From positions 1 to 64,000 of the forward strand of contig JANNVX010000031.1 of NCBI GenBank assembly GCA_031414595.1: a stretch of DNA of 64,000 bases. The letters are read 5' to 3'. This document shows, in pieces, positions 19,121 to 28,868 of this stretch (position 1 is its first letter; each line of letters starts with the position of its first letter). A model generated the notes under the pieces. That model searched no databases and was not told the DNA's origin. It saw nothing but the letters and a program-made list of their open reading frames with translations. Source of the stretch: Deinococcales bacterium (GTDB lineage: Bacteria > Deinococcota > Deinococci > Deinococcales > JAAFIG01). Made by a program: the position numbers and the translations under genes.

Positions 19121-20485
19121 ATGAAATCAAAAGTTTGGATCATCAGTGCAGGTTTAGCCACAAGTGCCGCCATTGCCGCCCTAGCCACAGGAGCATTTGC
19201 CCAAAGTCCAGTCACTGTGACGATTGCCACGGTTAATAATTCGGATATGGTCACGATGGAAAGCCTGACCAATGTCTTTGAAGCCGCTAACCCCGGCATC
19301 AAACTAAAATGGAATGTGCTGCCAGAAAACGAACTGCGCCAAAAAGTCACCACCGATATTGCCACGGGTGCTGGCAGCTATGATGTTGCCACCATCGGGA
19401 CTTACGAAGTGCCAATCTGGGCTAAAAACGGTTGGTTAAACTCGATGGATGCGCTTTTTGACAAGAACACCAGCATCAAAGCCAGTTACGACCTTGCCGA
19501 CCTCTTAACTCCTGTTCGCCTTGGCTTGTCATACAACAAAAACTTATATGCACTGCCGTTCTACGCCGAATCGAGCATGACTTTTTACAATAAAGCCGCT
19601 TTTGCGGCTGCCAAACTGACCATGCCCGTCAAACCAACATGGGCGCAAATTCAAACTTTTGCAGCTAAACTCCATAAACCACAAAATGGTTTCTTTGGTA
19701 TTTGCTTGCGTGGCTTACCCGGTTGGGGCGAGAACATGGCAGTCTTTAGCACCATGGTCAACACCTTTGGCGGACGTTGGTTTGATACAAGCTGGAACGC
19801 CACCATCAACTCACCCGCTTGGAATACGGCTTTAACCTTTTATGTCAATCTGCAAAAGCGCTACGGCGCACCAGGCGCAACAGGCAACGGCTTTACCGAA
19901 AACCTGACCTACATGAGCCAAAATAAATGCGGTATGTGGATAGATGCCACCGTCGCCGCAGGATTCTTAAAAGACCCACGCCAATCAAAAATTGTGGATA
20001 CTGTCGGTTTTGCCAACGCCCCAACTGGACCCGGCACACCAAAAGGCAGCAACTGGCTCTGGTCGTGGTCTTTGGCTATTCCAAAATCGAGCAAAGTTGC
20101 CGATGCCGCCTTTAAGTTCATCACTTGGGCAACCAGCAAAGAATACATTGCACTGGTTGCTAAAACCAACGGCACATGGGCAAGTGTACCCCCCGGAACT
20201 CGAGCCAGCACCTACGCCAACCCAGAGTACAAAAAAGCGGCTGGGGACTTTGCTGGTATTACACTCGATTCAATTAACCGCGCTGACCCAACCGATGCCA
20301 CCAAAGACCCTGTTCCATACGTTGGTGTGCAATTTGTGGGAATCCCAGAATTCCAAGCCCTTGGCACACAAGTTGGACAGTACGTGGCTGGCGCATTGGC
20401 TGGACAATACAGCGTTGCCCAAGCCCTGAAACTGGGTCAAACAGCCGCCGAAAAAGTTGCCAAAGAAGGCGGCTACAAGAAGTAG
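19121..20485 (+). CDS. Polyol (sorbitol/mannitol, SmoE-like) ABC substrate-binding protein
   Basis: Signal peptide, TIATVNN, ENELRQKVTTDIAT, CLRGLPGWGEN, WIDATVAA, VQFVGIPEFQ. Confidence 0.9.
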   Translation: MKSKVWIISAGLATSAAIAALATGAFAQSPVTVTIATVNNSDMVTMESLTNVFEAANPGIKLKWNVLPENELRQKVTTDIATGAGSYDVATIGTYEVPIWAKNGWLNSMDALFDKNTSIKASYDLADLLTPVRLGLSYNKNLYALPFYAESSMTFYNKAAFAAAKLTMPVKPTWAQIQTFAAKLHKPQNGFFGICLRGLPGWGENMAVFSTMVNTFGGRWFDTSWNATINSPAWNTALTFYVNLQKRYGAPGATGNGFTENLTYMSQNKCGMWIDATVAAGFLKDPRQSKIVDTVGFANAPTGPGTPKGSNWLWSWSLAIPKSSKVADAAFKFITWATSKEYIALVAKTNGTWASVPPGTRASTYANPEYKKAAGDFAGITLDSINRADPTDATKDPVPYVGVQFVGIPEFQALGTQVGQYVAGALAGQYSVAQALKLGQTAAEKVAKEGGYKK

Positions 20486-20517
20486 CTCGATCAACCTCCA
20501 CTCGAGCCTCATTTATC

Positions 20518-20547
20518 GTGAGCAGGTGGCAACACCATCTGCTCACC
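20518..20547 (+). other. Intercistronic stem-loop after the SBP gene
   Basis: GTGAGCAGGTGG ... CCATCTGCTCAC, no U tail. Confidence 0.6.
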
Positions 20548-20596
20548 AATTATACAAAAACAGAAATCCAAATTTGTTCAATATCCTAATCAGAGG

Positions 20597-21523
20597 TTGA
20601 TGATGACATTTCAAGAACGCTCATTAAAAAAGAATGCGAACCGTGGGCGTACTTCAAGATTACCTGCACTATGGCTGCTTGCGCCCGCTTTGGGGTACTT
20701 AATTATTACGACCCAAGTACCGTTTATCATGACGATTTACTACAGTTTATTTCGCTATAGCTTGGTAGACCCGTTTAAGCGCCCTTTTATTGGACTCGAG
20801 AATTACCTAACACTATTTACCGACCCACTTTCGATTCCGATTTTAATCAATACTTTGGTGCTGGTGCTAAGCGTAATTTTCTTGACCGTGATTTTTGGGG
20901 CAGCCTTGGCATTGCTGTTTAATCGTCCATTTTTTGGGCGCAATGTGGCTCGTACCCTACTGATTGGTCCTTTTTTTATCATGCCAGTCATCACCGCTTT
21001 AATCTGGAAAAATTCGCTGCTTAACCCTGTTTTTGGTTTGTTTGGGATGGCTTCAAGGGCTTTGGGGTTTGAAGCAGTTGACTGGTTAGAACGCTACCCA
21101 ATGCTTTCGATTATCATGATGGTCACGTGGGAATGGACTCCGTTTGCACTGCTGATTTTACTGACCAGTTTGCAGTCTTTGCCGACTGATCAACTCGAGG
21201 CGGCGCGTTTGGATGGCGCAAGTCAATTGCAAGAATTTTGGTATATTGTTCTGCCGCACTGGACAAGGGCATTTGAAGTCGTGGTGCTGCTCGAGGCGAT
21301 TTTTATTCTACAAATTTATGGTGAAATTTATATTGCCACCAGTGGCGGACCCGGGCTGGCAACCACCAATTTACCGTACTTTATTTTCCAAAAAGCCTTT
21401 GGTGAGTACAGTATCGGCATGGCATCGGCGGCTGGGGTCATCGCCGTGATTATCGCCAATATCATCACGGCTTTATTTTTGCGTCTGGTCAATCGCAATG
21501 TCGTTACGGAGGTTAAATCATGA
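20597..21523 (+). CDS. Carbohydrate ABC permease
   Basis: FIGLENY, EAARLDGA motif, SGGPG. Confidence 0.93.
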   Translation: MMMTFQERSLKKNANRGRTSRLPALWLLAPALGYLIITTQVPFIMTIYYSLFRYSLVDPFKRPFIGLENYLTLFTDPLSIPILINTLVLVLSVIFLTVIFGAALALLFNRPFFGRNVARTLLIGPFFIMPVITALIWKNSLLNPVFGLFGMASRALGFEAVDWLERYPMLSIIMMVTWEWTPFALLILLTSLQSLPTDQLEAARLDGASQLQEFWYIVLPHWTRAFEVVVLLEAIFILQIYGEIYIATSGGPGLATTNLPYFIFQKAFGEYSIGMASAAGVIAVIIANIITALFLRLVNRNVVTEVKS

Positions 21524-22359
21524 TGGCTGCAAAAAAACCAAGTCAACTCTGGCGAACCACCAAAAACATTGCATTGGGAGGGCTGGCGTGGCTAATTGCT
21601 TTGGCATTTTTCTTTCCGATTGCGTGGATGATTAGCAGTGGTTTCAAAACCGAAAATGAAGCCTTTGCGACTCCACCAGTCATTATATTTCAACCGATAT
21701 TTGATAATTTTTCGACAGCACTGGCAAAATACGCCCCAGCCCTGACCAATTCTTTAATCGCGGCGCTCGGTTCAACGCTTCTGTCTTTTTTGTTGGGCTT
21801 ACCCGCCGCGTTCTCGATGGTTTTTTACCCTGATGCACGCAGCCGCAGCACCTTGTTATGGATTGTTTCGACCAAAATGATGCCGCCCGTTGGCGTGATT
21901 GTACCGCTTTACCTGATTTTTAAGGACTTACAATTGCTTGATAATATTTTTGGGCTAACCCTGATGTACACCACCATGAATTTACCGTTGGTCATCTGGA
22001 TGATGCACTCGTATTTGTCTGAAATCCCGATGGAAATTCTCGAGGCAGCGCGGGTGGATGGCGCGAGTTTACAACACGAATTCCTCAGAATCGCCATGCC
22101 ATTGGCTGCCCCCGGAATTGCTTCTACAGCGCTTCTGTGCATTATTTTTGCGTGGAACGAAGCCTTTTTTGCCCTGAACTTAACCAATGTTGATGCCGCG
22201 CCACTTTCGGTCTACATCAGTGGGTTTAAGACCACCCAAGGCTTATTCTGGGCTGGATTATCGGCTGCTGCGACACTGGTTATTCTGCCCGTGATGGCAT
22301 TTGGTTGGTCGGCACAACGTCAATTGGTGCAAGGGCTAACGATGGGAGCAGTGAAATAA
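21520..22359 (+). CDS. Carbohydrate ABC permease
   Basis: EAARVDGA, FAWNE, QGLTMGAVK. Confidence 0.93.
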   Translation: MMAAKKPSQLWRTTKNIALGGLAWLIALAFFFPIAWMISSGFKTENEAFATPPVIIFQPIFDNFSTALAKYAPALTNSLIAALGSTLLSFLLGLPAAFSMVFYPDARSRSTLLWIVSTKMMPPVGVIVPLYLIFKDLQLLDNIFGLTLMYTTMNLPLVIWMMHSYLSEIPMEILEAARVDGASLQHEFLRIAMPLAAPGIASTALLCIIFAWNEAFFALNLTNVDAAPLSVYISGFKTTQGLFWAGLSAAATLVILPVMAFGWSAQRQLVQGLTMGAVK

Positions 22360-23372
22360 TGCAAGCTGCGGTTATATTAAGAGCCAATCACCTCGAGATT
22401 CAAGAAGTTCCTGAGCCAACTGTTAAGCCAGATGAAGTTCGAGTTCGTGTGGCAGCCACGGGAGTCTGCGGCACGGATTTGCACCTCTATGGCGGGCATT
22501 TTGGTGCGGTTTTCCCCTTAATCGCTGGACACGAAATTAGCGGCATAGTAGACCAAGTTGGCTCGAGTGTAGTTTCTGTCAAAGAAGGCGACGCGGTAGC
22601 CCTTGACCCGAATATTTCTTGTGGACACTGCCACCATTGCCGCCGAGGAATGCAACACCACTGCGAGAATTTTGCTGCCCTTGGGGTGACAAGGGGCGGA
22701 GGATTTGCCGAGTATGTGACCGCGCCGCAAACCAATGTTCACCCGATTGGCACACTCGACCTCGAGACGGCAGCCTTTGCCGAACCCTTGGGCTGCATCG
22801 CATGGGGTATCAAACGCCTTCAACCTGAAATTGGTAGCAAAGCCCTGTTATTTGGGGCGGGTCCAATTGGGATTCTCCTCATGCAAGCCTTACTGATTTC
22901 TGGATGCAGCCAAGTGACGGTCATCGAACCCAACTTAGAACGCCGTGTGGTTGCTAAAGCTCTGGGCGCAACCACAGTTCTCGAGCCAAACCCCGACTTA
23001 AAAACCCAATTGTACGACCTCGAGCCACATGGTTTTGATGTTGTCACCGAAGCCACAGGCATTGGCGCAGTCATCAGCCAACTGCCACAATACGCCACCC
23101 AAGGCGGCAAAATTTTGTACTACGGCGTAGCCCCAGACGATTTAACCGTACAGATTAGCCCTTACGAAGTTTTTCGCCGTGACTTGACGATTTTAGGTAG
23201 TTTTTCTTTGCATGGCACATTACCGATTGCGCTGCGTTGGTTAGCCAGTGGACTTATCAAAGTCAAGCCACTGATTACCCACCGTTTACCGATTAAGGAC
23301 TTGCAACTCGCCCTCGAGTACAAGAATCAAGTTGGCTTGAACGGCTCGCAAAAAACCCTGATTATCCCGTAA
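22359..23372 (+). CDS. Zinc-dependent alcohol/polyol dehydrogenase
   Basis: GVCGTDLH, GHE, CGHCHHC, GAGPIG; the ATG overlaps the upstream TAA. Confidence 0.92.
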   Translation: MQAAVILRANHLEIQEVPEPTVKPDEVRVRVAATGVCGTDLHLYGGHFGAVFPLIAGHEISGIVDQVGSSVVSVKEGDAVALDPNISCGHCHHCRRGMQHHCENFAALGVTRGGGFAEYVTAPQTNVHPIGTLDLETAAFAEPLGCIAWGIKRLQPEIGSKALLFGAGPIGILLMQALLISGCSQVTVIEPNLERRVVAKALGATTVLEPNPDLKTQLYDLEPHGFDVVTEATGIGAVISQLPQYATQGGKILYYGVAPDDLTVQISPYEVFRRDLTILGSFSLHGTLPIALRWLASGLIKVKPLITHRLPIKDLQLALEYKNQVGLNGSQKTLIIP

Positions 23373-23391
23373 AAATACTTTAAGGAGTTGT

Positions 23392-24138
23392 ATGAATCTT
23401 TCTCTCGAGCAACAAATTGTTATTGTCACTGGTGGTGGACGTGGGATTGGACTCGAGATTTCTCGGGCGATGCGGACGGCTGGGGCGCATGTGGTGATTG
23501 CTGAAACAAATGCCGTGATTGGCTTAGCCGCCGCGCTCGAGTTACAGGGTGATTTTATTCAGACCGATGTGACCGACTCGAGTAGTGTTCGGGCAATGAT
23601 TGAAGCGGTAGTGGCTAAGCATGGGCGGATTGACTGCTTGGTCAATAATGCGGGGATTTGTCGCAACACGCCGTCCGAGGATGTAACCGATGAAGAATGG
23701 CGTTTAGTGATGAGCATAGATTTGGATGGTGTTTTTTATGGTTGCCGTGAAGTGGCTCAAGTGATGCTCAAACAAGGGGCTGGCACGATTATCAATATCG
23801 GTTCGATGTCGGGGATAATCTCGAATCGTCCGCAACCGCAGTCGGCATACAACACCGCCAAAGCTGGGGTGATTCACCTCACAAAATCTTTGGCTGGAGA
23901 ATGGGCAAGCCGTGGTATTCGGGTCAACTGCATCAGTCCGGGGTATATTGGTACACCGATGACCAAACTTGGACTCGAGACCCCCGAATGGCGCGAGACT
24001 TGGCTCTCGAGTACCCCCATGGGACGGCTGGGTGAACCAACCGAGGTGGCAAGCGTGGCGGTTTTTCTTGCCAGTTCCGCCTCGAGTTTTATGACTGGTT
24101 CTAATGTTGTGGTGGACGGAGGCTATACCTCATGGTGA
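23392..24138 (+). CDS. SDR oxidoreductase (polyol dehydrogenase-like)
   Basis: TGGGRGIG, NNAG, YNTAK, VDGGY. Confidence 0.93.
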   Translation: MNLSLEQQIVIVTGGGRGIGLEISRAMRTAGAHVVIAETNAVIGLAAALELQGDFIQTDVTDSSSVRAMIEAVVAKHGRIDCLVNNAGICRNTPSEDVTDEEWRLVMSIDLDGVFYGCREVAQVMLKQGAGTIINIGSMSGIISNRPQPQSAYNTAKAGVIHLTKSLAGEWASRGIRVNCISPGYIGTPMTKLGLETPEWRETWLSSTPMGRLGEPTEVASVAVFLASSASSFMTGSNVVVDGGYTSW

Positions 24139-25193
24139 TGCAAACGGCGGTGCTGCATGGCATTCGGGATATTCGACTCGAGAACCGCGAAATTCCACAA
24201 CCAAAAGCCAACGAAGTGCTGGTTAAAATTGCTCGGGTTGGGATTTGTGGTTCGGACTTACATTATTATACCGACCTGCATATTGGGCAGTATGTGGTCA
24301 AAGCCCCGCTTATTCTGGGGCATGAATCGGCTGGGGTGATTACAGGGGTTGGTTCAGGTGTCACCAACCTAGAAATCGGCGACCGCGTGAGTCTCGAGCC
24401 GGGCATGACTTGCGGCACTTGTTATCATTGTAAACGTGGACGGTATAACCTCTGCCCCGATGTAATTTTTATGGCTACTCCGCCGGTGGATGGGGCTTTT
24501 GCCGAGTATGTCACTTGGCGCTCAGACTTTGTGTTCAAAATTCCCGATTCTGTCAGTTTAGACGCGGCTGCTCTACTCGAGCCGCTCTCTGTGGCAGTCT
24601 GGGCGGTGCAACGCGCCAGTATTGGCATGGGTGCAAGCGTTGCAATTTTTGGCGGTGGCACTATTGGTTGTATGACCGTCCAAGCAGCCAAAGCAGCCGG
24701 GGCGACCACAATTATTGTTGTTGACCTCGAGCCATTTCGCCTAGAATTTGCGGCTTCACTCGGTGCGACCCACACGATTAACGCCCGTGCAGGCAGTGTT
24801 CTCGAGCAGATTCGAGCAATCACCGAACCCTTAAATGGTTTAACTGGCTCGAGTGCTGGGGTGGATGCGGCTTTTGAGACGGCTGGAGCGCTGATTACCT
24901 GCCGTCAAACCATCGAAGCGGTGCGTTCTGGTGGCGTGGCGGTACTGGTCGGTTTACCACCAGACCCGATGGTCAGCTTGGATATTGTGGCGGCGGCTTC
25001 CAGAGAAGTAGACATTCGTGGTCAGTTCAGGTACGCCAATTGTTACCCTGCAGCATTGGCACTGGTCTCGACTGGGCGGGTCAATTTAGACAAAATGATC
25101 ACCCAACGTTACGGGCTTAAAGACACCAAAGCGGCGCTTGAGTTTGCCGACAAAGAAAAAAATGCTTCCTTAAAAGTTATGATTGAGTTATAA
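24132..25193 (+). CDS. Sorbitol/xylitol dehydrogenase (MDR)
   Basis: GICGSDLHYY, LGHE, YNLCPD, FMATPPVDG, FRYAN. Confidence 0.9.
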   Translation: MVMQTAVLHGIRDIRLENREIPQPKANEVLVKIARVGICGSDLHYYTDLHIGQYVVKAPLILGHESAGVITGVGSGVTNLEIGDRVSLEPGMTCGTCYHCKRGRYNLCPDVIFMATPPVDGAFAEYVTWRSDFVFKIPDSVSLDAAALLEPLSVAVWAVQRASIGMGASVAIFGGGTIGCMTVQAAKAAGATTIIVVDLEPFRLEFAASLGATHTINARAGSVLEQIRAITEPLNGLTGSSAGVDAAFETAGALITCRQTIEAVRSGGVAVLVGLPPDPMVSLDIVAAASREVDIRGQFRYANCYPAALALVSTGRVNLDKMITQRYGLKDTKAALEFADKEKNASLKVMIEL

Positions 25194-25199
25194 TCACCC

Positions 25200-25499
25200 A
25201 TGTTGGCGGTCAAACCAGAGCAATTCAGAGGCGTTGCCAAGGCGTTACGCGCCCATTACGGGCAACGCTACGGGATGCTGGTCTTGCTCGAGACCAGACA
25301 AAAGGGTTTACTCGAGTGCTTATTGGTACTCGAAGGCGAAGTCAATACCATCCGTGAAATTCTGCGGGTTGAACCTGTGGCACGGCTTCATTCAAGTGTT
25401 CAGGTCGAACTGGCAATCCTGCCAATCTCGAGGCATAACTGGGATGCCGCCCTTGAACCCGAGGTTTGGGAAGCCCACTGGACTGGTATCAGGCTCTAA
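25200..25499 (+). CDS. Small protein resembling a degenerate minimal nucleotidyltransferase
   Basis: Size and LRAHYGQR...LLVL...GIRL pattern fit MNT, but the GS/DxD motif is missing. Confidence 0.45.
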   Translation: MLAVKPEQFRGVAKALRAHYGQRYGMLVLLETRQKGLLECLLVLEGEVNTIREILRVEPVARLHSSVQVELAILPISRHNWDAALEPEVWEAHWTGIRL

Positions 25500-25517
25500 A
25501 TGGTGTATACTAAACTC

Positions 25518-25565
25518 ATGAAGTCCCTGCTTTCGTGTTGTTGCCCTCGAGTCCGAGTGGCGTAA
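25518..25565 (+). CDS. Leaderless leader peptide MKSLLSCCCPRVRVA
   Basis: TATACT 25506-25511, ATG 25518, three consecutive Cys codons, directly upstream of cysS. Confidence 0.85.
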   Translation: MKSLLSCCCPRVRVA

Positions 25566-25584
25566 TTTTGTGTTGTATTGCGTT

Positions 25585-25616
25585 CGCTCGAGTGTAGATT
25601 CTCGGGCGTTTTTTAT
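25585..25616 (+). terminator. Attenuator terminator of the cysS leader
   Basis: CGCTCGAG-tgtagatt-CTCGGGCG followed by TTTTTTAT. Confidence 0.8.
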
Positions 25617-25651
25617 TTTAGGAGTCCTATGGACACCAAACTAGGAGTTGT

Positions 25652-27100
25652 ATGATTACTGTTTTTAATTCCCTAACCCGCAGCAAAGAAGAATTTGTTC
25701 CCAGTTCGCCGCATCATATTGGCATGTACCTCTGTGGTCCGACAGTCTATTCAGAAAGCCACCTTGGTCATGGGCGGACAGGCGTTTCATTTGATGTGAT
25801 CAGGCGTTGGTTTGAATACCGTGGTTTTGCAGTGCGCTTTGTTTCTAATGTCACCGATGTTGGACATATCACTTCAGAAACCGATGATGACGGTGTGGAC
25901 AGAATTGGACAGCGTGCCAAACTCGAGCAACTCGAGCCGATGGAAATTGCCGATAAGTACATGTGGGGCTACTTTCAGGACTTAGCAGCGCTGGGGGTTA
26001 AAAAACCAAGTATCACCCCAAGAGCCACTGGGCATATTTTAGAGCAAATCGAAATGGTGCAACGTTTAATAGCTAAAGGTCATGCTTACGAACAGGGTGG
26101 CAGTGTTTACTTTCGGGTTAGGAGTTTTGCTAAGTATGGGCATTTAAGTGGTAAGAAAATAGATGACTTAGAGCATGGTACACGCGAAGATGTCCGCGAG
26201 GACAAAGAAGACCCACTCGATTTTGCCTTGTGGAAATTTGCCGAACCCGAACACATCATGCGTTGGAATTCACCGTGGGGACAAGGTTTTCCGGGCTGGC
26301 ACATCGAATGCTCGGCAATGGCGCTCAAATACCTAGGCGAGAATTTTGATATTCATGCTGGTGGCTTAGACTTGCAATTTCCGCATCACGAAGCCGAAAT
26401 TGCCCAAGCTGAAGGGGCTGGCTACCAATTTGCCAAGTATTGGCTTCATGGCAATATGTTGACCATTGGCGGTGAGAAAATGAGCAAATCTAAAGGCAAT
26501 TTTATCACCCTCGCCGATTTCTACACCCAGAAAGCCGAACCGATGGTATTGCGCCTTGCTTATGTGCAGAGTCATTACCGTAGCATTGCCGAAATTGGTG
26601 ATGACACCATCGAAGGGGCAAAAACAGCACTCTCGAGACTGCGTGAAGTTAAACGCGAACTCGAGCGGCGGATACCGGAAGCCAGTGCTGGCACGACCCC
26701 AAGTTTAGAAACCGCCATCACTCGAGCCACCAACGAATTTGAAGCTGCGCTGGACGACGATTTCAACACCCCCAAAGGTTTGGCGGCGGTCTTTGACCTC
26801 ACCCGAGAAGTCAATGCGGCACTGACGGCTGGAGCAGGGAAAACCAGTCTCGAGAACGCCCTGAATTTTTACAATACTTTTGTTGGCGGGGTGCTGGGTT
26901 TGTACCACTCAGGGCAAGCCTCGGCTCGAGATGATGCCCAATTACTCGAGGGGCTAATGCAAATTGCCATAGAAGCTCGCGGGGTCTACCGTCAGAACCG
27001 AGATTTTAGCCGTTCAGATGGGTTGCGTGAGCGCCTAAAAAGCCTTGGTGTGGCACTCGAGGATACGGCAGTTGGCACACGTTGGAAACTCGAGGGTTGA
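25652..27100 (+). CDS. cysS: Cysteine--tRNA ligase
   Basis: [34 protein letters not shown]. Confidence 0.99.
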   Translation: MITVFNSLTRSKEEFVPSSPHHIGMYLCGPTVYSESHLGHGRTGVSFDVIRRWFEYRGFAVRFVSNVTDVGHITSETDDDGVDRIGQRAKLEQLEPMEIADKYMWGYFQDLAALGVKKPSITPRATGHILEQIEMVQRLIAKGHAYEQGGSVYFRVRSFAKYGHLSGKKIDDLEHGTREDVREDKEDPLDFALWKFAEPEHIMRWNSPWGQGFPGWHIECSAMALKYLGENFDIHAGGLDLQFPHHEAEIAQAEGAGYQFAKYWLHGNMLTIGGEKMSKSKGNFITLADFYTQKAEPMVLRLAYVQSHYRSIAEIGDDTIEGAKTALSRLREVKRELERRIPEASAGTTPSLETAITRATNEFEAALDDDFNTPKGLAAVFDLTREVNAALTAGAGKTSLENALNFYNTFVGGVLGLYHSGQASARDDAQLLEGLMQIAIEARGVYRQNRDFSRSDGLRERLKSLGVALEDTAVGTRWKLEG

Positions 27101-27145
27101 GGCTAAAACTGTTTTGGTAATCCAGCTTGCTTCAAAACACCATTA

Positions 27146-27336
27146 GGAACTGTCCAAGAATAACTTCCCGATTTCAATTAAACCAAGAACATACAATTGG
27201 TCACAGGGCGGACACGGGGGTCCGCCCCTACCTGACGTATTTTTATGATTTTTGTAGGGACAGACCCCTGTGTCTGTCCTGCTAGGAAATGATATTTCGT
27301 CGTTTCCAATTTGGGAAGTTATTTCAGGACAAATCC
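27146..27336. mobile_element. MITE-like element (191 bp) with a GTAG-REP doublet
   Basis: TIRs GGAACTGTCCAAGAATAACTTCC / GGAAGTTATTTCAGGACAAATCC; REPs at 27206-27231 and 27254-27279; closely similar inverted copy at 52228-52418. Confidence 0.9.
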
Positions 27337-27376
27337 TAAGGAAATAATTTAGCGACAATAGATGCAAATGGGATGG

Positions 27377-27537
27377 TTACGAACTCCCCCCGCCTTCTTG
27401 CTCACAAGACAGCACCTTGCGGGCTGTTCGCGCTTCGGCGACCCCCTCGAAAAAGAGGGGGTTACAGGTCGAGGTCTTGGTTTTTGAACCCCCTCTTTTT
27501 CGAGGGGTCAGCGCTCCGCGCTGGGGGGAGTTCGTAA
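27377..27537. repeat. Large palindromic repeat with a nested 39-nt insert (27394-27432)
   Basis: Outer arms TTACGAACTCCCCCC / GGGGGGAGTTCGTAA; inner arms CCCCTCGAAAAAGAGGGGGTT / AACCCCCTCTTTTTCGAGGGG. Confidence 0.85.
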
Positions 27538-27548
27538 GAGCTTACGTT

Positions 27549-28868
27549 TTATTTGAACTGGCTACGAACCTGTGCAATTTGCTTGTTGGCTTCAGAAACA
27601 CCTTGGTCAAGCGCCGTTTTGACATCTTGCTTGCCGAGGTACGCCCGTTCCCATGCGCCATCAAATGGTCCTAAAACTTGTCCGCCCCACGGGAATCCAG
27701 AAGTGGCAAAAACATTGCCGAGCTTGTCAAAAATTCCACTGATTGCCATACCGTCAAAGCGTTTGTCGTCGGCAACGGCTTTCATGACGGGTAAGCTGCC
27801 AGTCGCAGTCCAACTCAGGTTTTGGGCTGGAAGGCTCATCCAGTTGATAAATGCCATCGCAGCCGTGCGCTTATTGCGGTCGTAATTGGCGGGTTGTTTG
27901 GGTAGGGTCAGGTGGCTCGAGCCGCCCCAAGTGGCATCTTGTTTGCTGCCGATGCGTGGCACAAAGGTCAGGGCGTAATCTGGGTTTTTCTCAAAGCGGT
28001 CTAAGTACCATTGTCCAGATGGGAACATACAAACCTTGCCTTGGGAGAAGGCTGCCAGTTCGGCTTCTTCGGTGGCGCTGCTGCGGGCAACATTTTCTTT
28101 TTGAATTAAATCCACTAAGAATTGTACCGCTTCAACGGCAGCCGGCGAGTTAAAGGCAGCGTTGTTGTCTTTGTCGGTCAGGCTGCCACCGTTTTGCAAA
28201 ATGGCACTGTAGGCAAGTCGAGCGCCAACCCAGTTGTTGTACAGGCTGATGCCCCATGTTTCCAAGTTCTTGCCGTCAAATCCAGCTTCGCCTGGTTTTT
28301 TACCAGCTTTATCGGAGGTGCAGGCTTTGGCAGCGGCCAACAATTCGGCTCGGGTTTTTGGAGCGCTGGCAATCCCGTTTTTCTTCAGTAAGGCTTTGTT
28401 ATAAAACATCACATAAGCGACACTCGAGACTGGCACACCGTAGGATTTACCTTTGTAATCCGAAGTTGCAAATAACGGCGCGTAGAAGCGACCTCTATCT
28501 ATGCCGGCGGTTCGCAACATCGAAGCAGTCATTTCGGTCAGTGCGCCACGAGCAATAAAGCGGGTCACTTGGTCTTCGTTGATGACCGCTACATCTGGGG
28601 CGCGTCCGGCGGCAACCAATGGCTCGATTTGATTCCAAGTTGTTCCCCAAGGTTGAGCCGTGGCTTTGACGACAATGTTTTGGTTGGCATCGTTAAAACT
28701 CTTGACCAGTTGTTCCATCACAGGGCGGTCTGCACCCGTAAAACCGTGCAGGTAAGTAATTTCGACTTTTGGTCCTTTGTAGGTGGTTACGCCTTGGGCA
28801 ACGGCGACAGCCGCTATTCCAAGAATTCCAAATCCAATGGCAAGTTTAACCGAGGTACTGACTTTCAT
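27549..28868 (-). CDS. Sugar ABC substrate-binding protein
   Basis: Signal peptide, [21 protein letters not shown]. Confidence 0.92.
   Translation of the reverse strand: MKVSTSVKLAIGFGILGIAAVAVAQGVTTYKGPKVEITYLHGFTGADRPVMEQLVKSFNDANQNIVVKATAQPWGTTWNQIEPLVAAGRAPDVAVINEDQVTRFIARGALTEMTASMLRTAGIDRGRFYAPLFATSDYKGKSYGVPVSSVAYVMFYNKALLKKNGIASAPKTRAELLAAAKACTSDKAGKKPGEAGFDGKNLETWGISLYNNWVGARLAYSAILQNGGSLTDKDNNAAFNSPAAVEAVQFLVDLIQKENVARSSATEEAELAAFSQGKVCMFPSGQWYLDRFEKNPDYALTFVPRIGSKQDATWGGSSHLTLPKQPANYDRNKRTAAMAFINWMSLPAQNLSWTATGSLPVMKAVADDKRFDGMAISGIFDKLGNVFATSGFPWGGQVLGPFDGAWERAYLGKQDVKTALDQGVSEANKQIAQVRSQFK

Noticed and set aside
27143-27367. Similar 74-aa and 94-aa ORFs (also 52221-52505) suggesting a duplicated small gene
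   Set aside because: They are translations of the MITE copies, with starts and stops outside or at the edge of the element.
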